This document shows positions 40,822 through 48,722 of a stretch of 48,722 nucleotides of DNA, in pieces. A program made the position numbers and the translations under genes. The DNA is from an uncultured Candidatus Saccharibacteria bacterium (lineage in GTDB: Bacteria > Patescibacteriota > Minisyncoccia > UBA6257 > JAKLIH01), in assembly GCA_964475745.1 (NCBI GenBank), contig CAYYXO010000003.1, forward strand, positions 1 to 48,722, in the 5' to 3' direction. The notes below the pieces were generated by a model that was given only the letters and a program-made list of their open reading frames with translations, did not search any database and was not told where the DNA came from. Positions within the stretch are counted from its first letter, which is position 1. The number at the start of each line of letters is the position of its first letter.

Positions 40822-42853
40822 AAAAAATAAACTTGACTTTGAAGAAATACTTATTGATAAAAGAGCTAAGTATTATGAGCAAAGCTATGAAAGATTAGAG
40901 ACTCCAATTAATCAGAGCAATATTATTAAAATAGGGCTAGTTGTTTTATTAGTTTTTTTTATTTTATTTAGTAGGATTTTTTATTTAAGCATTGTAAAAG
41001 GAGAAGAAAATTATTTAATTTCAGAGCGCAATCGCTTACGCTATGTTTTAATTAAAGCACCAAGAGGTATTATTTACGACAGATATTACAAGCCAATTGT
41101 ATCCAATAAAACTTCTTTTAGTTTGATTTTGCTACCAAGAGACTTTTATCAAGCTAGCGAAGATGTTAAAGAAGCTATAAAGCCACTTATTTTAGAAATT
41201 TTTAAATTAGAAGAAGAAGATTTATTAAAATCAATTGACAGAATAAGTGCGGGTTCTTATGAGCCTATTTTGGTCAAAACAAATGTTAGTAAAGATGAAG
41301 CAAGGGTTTTTGAAGCTAGAACCAATGAAGGGGAAAGAATCGGTTTCTATTTAATTGAAGACTATAATCGTACTTATTACGATCCATATGCTTTTGCTCA
41401 TGTGGTCGGCTATACTGGCCGCATGAACGAAGAAGAGTTTGAAAAATATCCTCAATACCCCAAAGCTGATTTAATTGGTAAATATGGACTAGAGGCATAT
41501 TATGAAGAATTTTTACATGGTATTTCAGGCAGGAGGCTCTTGGAGGTTGATGCTCGATTGCGCATTAGCCCTGAGCTAGGCATAATAGAACCAAGTCCTG
41601 GTAAAAAACTTGTTACCACAATTGACAGAGACCTTCAAAAATTTCTTTTTGATGCCATGAATAGATCATTAGAAAAATTAAATTTAACTAAGGCTTCAGC
41701 TATAATGACCAATCCACAAACAGGAGAAGTTTTGGCTATGGTAAGTTTACCAAGTATTAATGTGGAAGCTTTTTCTATTGGTGGACCTAAAGAAGAGATT
41801 GATAAAGCAATTGCTAGTAAAGATAAACCTTTTCTAAATCGCATTGTTTCAGGAGTTTATGCTCCAGGCTCAACCATAAAACCATTAGTTGCTTTAGCTG
41901 CTTTAAAAGAAAAGCTGATTGACCCTTTAGATAATATTATTGCCAATGAAGCAATTGTTATACCAAATCCTTACAATCCAGATAGCCCAGCCATTTTTAG
42001 AGATTGAAAAAAACATGGTTTGGTTGACATGAGAAAGGCAATTGCTGATTCTTGTAATATTTATTTTTATGCTATTGGTGGTGGCTATAAAGATATCCCA
42101 GGACTAGGGATTTCTCGATTAAAAAAATATTGAGAAGAATTTCATTTTGGTAAGAAACTTGGCATTGATTTAGCCTATGAAGCAGATGGTTTGTTACCAG
42201 ATCCAGAATACAAAAAACAAATAAACCCTGACAATCCAATTTGATATATTGGTGACACTTATAATGTTTCTATTGGCCAAGGAGATTTGCTTTTAACACC
42301 GCTTCAAATAGCTTATTATGTTGGAGCTATTGCCAATGAGGGAAATATAATGAAACCATATTTAGTTTCTAAAATTATTGATGAAAATGATAAAATTGTT
42401 TTTGAACAAAAACCAAAAGTTTTACAAAAAGTTAATGCATCCAAAGAGGATTTTAAAATTGTCAAAGAGGGCATGCGCATGATGGTTACTGATGGATCGG
42501 GCCAATTAATGAAAACTATCCCTATTGATATAGCTGGGAAAACAGGTACTCCGCAGACTCACTCAGGAGCAAAAACTAATGCTTTGTTTGCTGGGTTTGC
42601 CACTGTAGATAATCCAGAGATTTTGATTCTAGTACTCTTAGAAGAGCCTCCAGAGGGCTCAGTTGTTACTATTCCGCTAGTAGATGAAGTCATGAGATAT
42701 TACTACAACTATCGCTATGTAAGGCAACCAGAGTCTTGGGATTTAAGCAAAGCATCTTTCTACCCAACAACCACCACTCTTCCAGAAAAGTCTGAAAAAG
42801 AGGAAAGCTTTAAATTGTTTAATGAAAATGCTTTTGAAGGCAGGGAAGAGTAA
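40805..42853 (+). CDS. mrdA: Penicillin-binding protein 2
   Basis: APRGIIYDR; AHVVGY; YAPGSTIK; FRD[TGA 42005]; SCNIYFY; [TGA 42242]YIGDTYN..IGQG; AGKTGT. Confidence 0.93.
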
Positions 42854-42858
42854 AACTA

Positions 42859-42946
42859 TTGACAATTTAAATGTAATATGCTATAATAAGAACCCTTATA
42901 AAAATACAAAAAGTCGCTTGACATTTTTTGAAAAATTTTTTAAGAT
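42859..42946 (+). promoter_or_regulatory. Two tandem sigma70 promoters upstream of greA
   Basis: TTGACA(42859)-17-TATAAT(42882) with TG; TTGACA(42918)-17-TAAGAT(42941). Confidence 0.7.
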
Positions 42947-43111
42947 AAAACTTACGTTTAAAAAAAATAAATGGCTATTATTTTTTAATAGCCCATTCTT
43001 TATTCTCTAAAATTTTGTTTATTTGAATTTAACAAATTATAAATCAAACCTAGTTGAGAATATTGTTTTAGTCGAAAGAAAGTTTAATAGATAATTAACT
43101 ATAATAGTAAA

Positions 43112-43579
43112 ATGAACAATTACGAGATTACAAAAGAAGGTTTAGCTGCTCTTAAAAAGGAGTTAGAAGAAGTTAAAAAAGAAAGAATTGAAGTTATCGA
43201 AACCATTAAAACAGCAAAATCTTTTGGTGATTTATCTGAAAACGCAGAATATTCAGCTGCCAGAGAACGTCAAACTTTTGTTGAATCAAGAATCAACGAC
43301 ATAGAAGACAAAGTTAAAAGAGCTATTGTTGTTGATAATTTACCTAAAAGAGAAGGTATTGGACTAGGTTCAAAGATTGAAATTATTCCAGTAAACAATT
43401 CAAGTTCTGAGTCAAAAATCATTGAGCTTGTTAGCTCAGCTGAATCAGATCCTTTCAACAATAAAATATCACAAGATTCACCATTGGGGCAGGCTTTGTT
43501 AAGCAAGCGTGTCAATGATGAAGCGGTTGTTAAAACTCCACAAAAAGAAATTAGATATAAAATCAAACAAATATTATAA
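43112..43579 (+). CDS. greA: Transcription elongation factor GreA
   Basis: ITKEG; FGDLSENAEYSAARERQ; ISQDSPLGQALL. Confidence 0.97.
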   Translation: MNNYEITKEGLAALKKELEEVKKERIEVIETIKTAKSFGDLSENAEYSAARERQTFVESRINDIEDKVKRAIVVDNLPKREGIGLGSKIEIIPVNNSSSESKIIELVSSAESDPFNNKISQDSPLGQALLSKRVNDEAVVKTPQKEIRYKIKQIL

Positions 43580-43591
43580 CAACTTGTTTTT

Positions 43592-43627
43592 AAAAATCTA
43601 GCCAAATTATCGGCTAGATTTTTATTT
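43592..43627 (+). terminator. Intrinsic terminator after greA
   Basis: AAAAATCTAGCC-8 nt-GGCTAGATTTTT. Confidence 0.8.
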
Positions 43628-43634
43628 AGTAAAA

Positions 43635-43672
43635 TTAGCACTCTTGACAATAGAGTGCTAATTTGCTAAAAT
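43635..43672 (+). promoter_or_regulatory. CIRCE operator overlapping the hrcA promoter
   Basis: TTAGCACTC-N9-GAGTGCTAA (43635-43661); -35 TTGACA inside the spacer, -10 TAAAAT at 43667. Confidence 0.95.
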
Positions 43673-43702
43673 ATAGAAGAACTATTATTATAATAAACAA
43701 GC

Positions 43703-44368
43703 ATGAGCAATATATCTCCAAGGCAAAAACAAATTCTTTATTATTTATCTCTAGAACAAATAAAACAATCTGAACCGGTTGCTTCAAATCAAATAAAAGA
43801 AAAATATAATTTAAAGTTTAGTCCAGCTACCATCAGGAATGAATTGTTGCGTTTGTGCCAATTAGACTACTTAGAACAGCCACATACATCGGCGGGAAGA
43901 ATTTTAAGTGATTTTGGCTGAGAGATGCTAATAGCTAATTTTTTAGAAAATGTTTTTGAAGAAAAAAGCTTTATTCCCCCCGGAGATTTTAATCTTTTAG
44001 TTAAGGCTCTTTCAGAAAAAACCAATGCTTTTAGTTTTGCTTTTGATTTTATGAATGATGAATTATATTATTTTGGCTTTAGCAAGCTTCTTAATGAAAA
44101 AATTATTAATAACTTACAAGAACTTTCCATCATTAGTAGAGATATTGACAATCTAAAAGAGAAGTTAAAAAAGGTAAAAGATGTCGTGGTAGAAGAAGAG
44201 ATAAATGTTTTTATTGGAAAGAAAAATCCTCTTTTTAAAACTAGCCAGCTCTCTTTAATTGCCACTCGCTCTGGCTTTAACAACATTATATTAGGTATTA
44301 TTGTTTCTAAAGTGACTGACTACGAAAAACATTTTAAAATTTTTAAAAATTTAATCAATCATATTTAA
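43703..44368 (+). CDS. hrcA: Heat-inducible transcription repressor HrcA (short, 221 aa)
   Basis: RQKQIL; EPVAS; SPATIRNE; YLEQPHTSAGR; TGA 43919; VFIGKKNP; CIRCE upstream. Confidence 0.9.
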
Positions 44369-44377
44369 AAACAACGT

Positions 44378-44911
44378 ATGAAAGAAAAAACTTCTAAAAA
44401 AGAAAACAAAGATAAAAAAGAAGATAAAATTTTATTAGAAACTGAAAAACTAAAAGAAAGCTTAGTTAATGCAGAGAATCAATTAGCCAAAGAAAGAGCT
44501 TGTTTGCTTAACTACCAAAAGGATGAGCTAGACAGGGCGACAAAAAGAACAGAATATTATGAAAAATGTCTTTTGCTTGAGTTAATAAGTATTATTGACA
44601 ATTTTGAACACACTGTACAAAGTTTAGCAAAGCAAAAAACTGAGCAAAACAAAAATATTCTTTTGGGCGTTGAGATGATTTATAAGCAGTTTAAAAATTT
44701 CTTAGCGCAAAAAAATTGTCAAAGCTATGATAGTTTAAACCAAACTTTTAATCCTTCTCTTCATGAGGCTATTGAATCAGTCGTTTCAAAGGAATTTCCA
44801 GACAATACTATTTCTGAAGAAATACAAAAAGGATACACTTATAAAGATCAAGTTTTAAGGCCAGCTAAAGTTCGGGTCGTAGAAAACAAAGTACTAGAAA
44901 ATAATAATTAA
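44378..44911 (+). CDS. grpE: Nucleotide exchange factor GrpE
   Basis: IIDNFE; GVEMI; FNPSLHEAI; QKGY..VLRPAKVRV. Confidence 0.95.
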   Translation: MKEKTSKKENKDKKEDKILLETEKLKESLVNAENQLAKERACLLNYQKDELDRATKRTEYYEKCLLLELISIIDNFEHTVQSLAKQKTEQNKNILLGVEMIYKQFKNFLAQKNCQSYDSLNQTFNPSLHEAIESVVSKEFPDNTISEEIQKGYTYKDQVLRPAKVRVVENKVLENNN

Positions 44912-44941
44912 AATTATTAATAAAAAATTTAAATATTTACT

Positions 44942-46882
44942 ATGGGAAAGATACTAGGTATAGATTTGGGAACTACTTTTTCAGAAATGGCTATTTTCCA
45001 AAATGGTCAACCTCAAATTATTGAAAGTCAAGAGGGAGAAAGAACGGTTCCTTCAGTTGTGGCTATTGCTAAAAATGGCGAAAGATTAGTTGGCACTTTA
45101 GCTAGAAGACAAGCTATTACTAATCCTCAAAATACAGTTTTTTCAGTAAAAAGGTTTATTGGGCGTCGTTTTTCTGACAAAGAAGTTCAAGATGACAAAG
45201 CTTCTCTTCCCTATGAAATTAGAGAATCACAAAGTAAGGGCATTGAAGTTAAATTAGGAGATAAGTGGCTCAAACCTGAAGAAATTTCAGCTATGGTTTT
45301 ACAAAAATTAAAAGCAGACGCAGAAGCAAAGCTAGGAGAAAAAATAGAAGAAGCTATTATCACTGTGCCAGCTTATTTTAATGATTCGCAAAGGCAAGCT
45401 ACAAAAAACGCAGGAGAAATTGCTGGGCTTAAGGTGTTAAGAATACTTAATGAGCCAACTGCAGCCGCTGTTCTTTATGGCTTCAATAAACATCAATCTT
45501 CAAAGGTTTTAGTTTATGATTTTGGTGGAGGAACTTTAGATGTTTCTATTATTGAAGTAGTAAATGCCAGCGATGAATCTGCTGGAGAAAATATTAATGT
45601 TTTAGGAACCGGCGGAGATACTCATTTGGGTGGAGATGATTTTGATCAAAAAATTATCTATCATATTTTATCAGAATTTAAAAAAGAAGAAGGAGTTGAT
45701 CTCAAAGATGATAAATTGGCTCTTCAAAGAATTAAAGATGCCGCTGAAAAAGCAAAAAAGGAACTATCCAATGTAACCGAAACAGAAATTAATTTACCAT
45801 TTATTACCTCAACAAGTGATGGTCCAAAGCATTTGGTTATGAAATTAACTCGTGCAAAATTTGAAGAGCTCATTAAAGATTTAATTGAAAGGTCAATAGA
45901 AAGAACAGAGCTAACCTTAAAAGAAATTCAATTAAATCCAGAAGATATTTCAGATGTGATTTTGGTTGGTGGAACCACTCGTATTCCAGCGATTCAAAAA
46001 AGAATTAAAGAAGTGTTTAAAAAAGAACCAAAGAAAGATATTAATCCCGATGAAGTTGTTGCTATGGGCGCCGCTATTGTTGCTGGCTCACTTCAAGGAG
46101 AAGTAAAAGATTTACTACTTCTAGATGTAACCCCGCTATCTTTATCTATTGAAACTATGGGTGGTGTTGCCACACAAATGATACCAAAAAATACCTACAT
46201 CCCAACAACAAAATCAGAAATTTTTTCAACTGCTGCCGACAACCAGCCGGCCGTAGAAGTGCATGTCTTGCAAGGAGAAAGACCGATGGCTCAAGACAAC
46301 AAAACCTTGGCTAAGTTTGTTTTAGATGGTATTCCTCCTGCCTCTCGCGGCACCCCTAAGATTGAAGTTACTTTTGATATTGATAAAAATGGCATTTTAA
46401 ATGTTACTGCTAAAGATCAGGCCACCAATAAAACTCAATCAGTAAAAATTGAAGCAACCACTGACCTAACTAAAGAACAAATAGAGCAAATGAAAGCAGA
46501 AGCAGAAAAATTTGCCACTGATGACAAAAAAAGAAAAGAATATATTGAGGTTAAAAATCAGGCAGAAAACCTAACTTACCAATCAGAGTCAAGCTTAAAA
46601 GAAAATCAAGATAAAATACCAGCAGAACTAAAAGAAAAAATTGAAGAAAAAACAAAAATATTAAAAGATATTTGCCAAAAAGAAATTAGCAATGTTAATC
46701 TCGAGGAAAACACCGAATTGATTAAAAAAGGCATTGAAGATTTATCAAGTGAATTAACAGAAATTGGCAAAAATATTTATGCCAAACAAGAAGATCAAAA
46801 CAAGGCTGAAGCAACTGATAAAGAAAAAGAGCCTTCTGGCCAAAAACAAGAACCAATAGACACTAATTTCGAAGAAAAATAA
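44942..46882 (+). CDS. dnaK: Chaperone DnaK
   Basis: GIDLGTT; [14 protein letters not shown]; NEPTAAA; DFGGGT; LLDVTPLSL. Confidence 0.98.
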   Translation: MGKILGIDLGTTFSEMAIFQNGQPQIIESQEGERTVPSVVAIAKNGERLVGTLARRQAITNPQNTVFSVKRFIGRRFSDKEVQDDKASLPYEIRESQSKGIEVKLGDKWLKPEEISAMVLQKLKADAEAKLGEKIEEAIITVPAYFNDSQRQATKNAGEIAGLKVLRILNEPTAAAVLYGFNKHQSSKVLVYDFGGGTLDVSIIEVVNASDESAGENINVLGTGGDTHLGGDDFDQKIIYHILSEFKKEEGVDLKDDKLALQRIKDAAEKAKKELSNVTETEINLPFITSTSDGPKHLVMKLTRAKFEELIKDLIERSIERTELTLKEIQLNPEDISDVILVGGTTRIPAIQKRIKEVFKKEPKKDINPDEVVAMGAAIVAGSLQGEVKDLLLLDVTPLSLSIETMGGVATQMIPKNTYIPTTKSEIFSTAADNQPAVEVHVLQGERPMAQDNKTLAKFVLDGIPPASRGTPKIEVTFDIDKNGILNVTAKDQATNKTQSVKIEATTDLTKEQIEQMKAEAEKFATDDKKRKEYIEVKNQAENLTYQSESSLKENQDKIPAELKEKIEEKTKILKDICQKEISNVNLEENTELIKKGIEDLSSELTEIGKNIYAKQEDQNKAEATDKEKEPSGQKQEPIDTNFEEK

Positions 46883-46886
46883 TTTT

Positions 46887-46917
46887 AAGAAGCCAGGCTA
46901 ATCACTTGGCTTCTTTT
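46887..46917 (+). terminator. Terminator after dnaK
   Basis: AAGAAGCCAGG-7 nt-CTTGGCTTCTT then TT. Confidence 0.7.
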
Positions 46918-46988
46918 AGAGGCATAAGCTCATTGCAAAAAAAGTTAATTTTTGTTACACTTTCAGTAATAAAATTAACCTAATTATC

Positions 46989-48002
46989 ATGTCAAAATTA
47001 TTACAGTTTTTAAGTAAAAGAAAAAATATCAACCAAGACTCAATCAGAACATTACACCCAGACGATCTTTTCACCAACTGAACTTTTATTAAACAAAATA
47101 TTTTAGGAGGGCTTAGTTGTTTTTTTGTTTTGCTTTTTAGTAATGTTTTAAAAACATTATTAGAAGCAAGATATTTTAACATTTGGATTCAATTACAAAT
47201 CTTGATTTTATTTGTGCTTAGCCTAGGCTTTTTTAGTTTAACCCTGTTTTTTCTTAAAAAAAGACTTTTGCTAGGCTGGTCATTAGGTTTTATTGTTAGC
47301 TCTCTAGTTCTTTTTATTGATAAACTTCCTTATCAAAATATCTTTTTCTATATTTTTCTATCGGCATCTTTTTTGTTATTTTTATTTGCTAGCTATCAAT
47401 ATAAAAAGACCAACGAAACTTTTTTAAAGTTTAATTGAAAAATAATTTTTCAATCAGGTTTTGTCTACCAGTTTTTTGGCTTAATGATGATTTTAATTAG
47501 TATGATAGCTTTTTCATATGTCAAAATAGATCGTCAAACTATTGACGGTGCCAAAACAGGCAATATCATCAATAATGTTATTGATTATTGAGCTAAAAGT
47601 TCTCCAGATTCTTTTTTGAATAAAAATTTTGAAACAGCAGTGGATAATTTTGTAACTCAAAATAATTTCCTTTCTAGTTTTCAAGCCCAATATTCAGTTT
47701 TAGGTTTGTCAGTTAGTAATGTTTTTGCGGACAACATTAAAAATATGTTTAACACTAGCTTTGATGTAAAAGCCAATGTTTCAAAGATTTTAGTTGATTT
47801 TTTTAATCAAGCTTCTCAAGCAACCAAAGCCATTGTTACTGGGCTGTTTCTCTGGTTTATTTTAAGCATTATTGGCTTTACTTTGTTTTTCTCAAAAATA
47901 CTTGTTTACTATTTTAGTCAATTAATTATTTATGCTTTAGTGTGACTTGGTTTTTTATCTTTAAAAGAGCGCCCAGCCACTAAAGAAGATTTGATTTTGT
48001 AA
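46989..48002 (+). CDS. Polytopic membrane protein of unknown function (337 aa)
   Basis: One open frame under table 4 (4 TGA) joining two code-11 fragments; several hydrophobic helices; candidate promoter TTGCAA(46933)-17-TACACT. Confidence 0.8.
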
Positions 48003-48030
48003 AGGTTTTTAAAAATTTTAAACTTTCAGT

Positions 48031-48722
48031 ATGTCAGAGTCCAAAGATTATTATAAAATACTTGGTGTTTCCGAAAACTCAACAGAAAAAGAAATAAAAG
48101 ATTCTTTTCATAAACTAGCTTTTAAATATCATCCTGATAGACCTAATGGTGATGAAAAAAAATTTAAAGAAATAAATGAAGCTTTTCAGATTCTTGGCAA
48201 TAAAGAAAAAAGAGAACAATATGATAATATGAAAAAATATGGCTTTCCTAGTGGCGGTTTTCCTGGCGGACAAGCTTCGGGTTTTAATTGATCCAATACT
48301 GGTTTCGATGGTTTTGGTGATTTTAATGATATTTTTAGCTCCTTTTTTAATCAAAATCGCAATAATGATCCTCGTTATACCAGATATGTTCAAAACGACG
48401 ACATTGAAATGGTAGCTAATCTCACTTTGAAAGAATCTTATCTTGGAGTAAAAAAAGAAATTGTTTTTAAAAGAGATATTTTTTGTAGTGATTGTTCAGG
48501 CAAAGGATATCAAAAAGATATTCAATTAAAAACTTGTACAAATTGCCAAGGAAAGGGGGTAATTGAAAAAACTAAAAAAGTTCCTTTTTTTGGATCAGTA
48601 ATTGAAAAAGTTTATTGTGACAAATGTGATGGCGAGGGTAAAGTGCCTGATAAAAAATGCCCGACTTGTCAAGGTAAAAAATATATTACTGAAACTAAAA
48701 AAGAAACTATTGAAATACCAGC
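48031..48722 (+). CDS. dnaJ: Chaperone DnaJ (truncated by window end)
   Basis: KDYYKILGV; HPD; G/F region with TGA 48289; four CxxCxGxG-type repeats. Confidence 0.95.

Noticed and set aside
763-48393. Many minus-strand and alternate-frame ORFs of 60-126 aa in the track (e.g. 1677-1985, 35074-35454, 43270-43650, 42822-43010)
   Set aside because: They overlap well-supported genes or promoters and show no recognisable motifs; treated as shadow ORFs.
611-48722. Mass pseudogenisation or sequencing error as the cause of broken ORFs
   Set aside because: Every break is an in-frame TGA with no frameshift or internal TAA/TAG, mostly at Trp positions in essential genes, and Trp-free genes such as ftsI are intact.
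611-48722. UGA=Gly (table 25) or selenocysteine
   Set aside because: TGA aligns with Trp motifs and with a TGG in a paralog; conserved Gly use GGN and conserved Cys use TGY.
1-48722. CRISPR arrays, IS elements, prophage, rRNA
   Set aside because: No spaced repeats, transposase/integrase motifs or rRNA-like tracts seen by eye.

Overview
A low-GC, gene-dense bacterial chromosome segment with almost all genes on the + strand. It carries the S10/spc ribosomal cluster (rplV to secY, no rpmD), a P-type ATPase, HAD hydrolase, adk, map, yqgF, murB, a partial dcw cluster (mraZ-rsmH-ftsL-ftsI-murF), hpf-secA-scpAB-dacA-mraY, tRNA-Val(CAC), murC, uvrA, groES/EL, frr-rseP-mreBCD-mrdA, greA and hrcA-grpE-dnaK-(membrane protein)-dnaJ. 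Loss of L30, AT-rich starts without Shine-Dalgarno sequences, a short HrcA and the gene order suggest Patescibacteria (CPR, Parcubacteria-like); this is an inference. The main signal is that the supplied code-11 ORF track breaks most essential genes at in-frame TGA codons (about 80 by manual count). Many of these sit at invariant Trp positions, and every conserved gene ends in TAA or TAG, so the organism reads UGA as tryptophan (table 4). It is not a mollicute (it has peptidoglycan and rod-shape genes), and this is not the UGA=Gly code of Gracilibacteria/Absconditabacteria. CDS coordinates below use table 4. Recoding also reveals mraZ and two paralogous six-Cys membrane-anchored proteins. Other points are a 59-aa histone H1-like protein and two orphan cassettes with perfect promoters and SD sites whose first in-frame TGA may still act as a stop.
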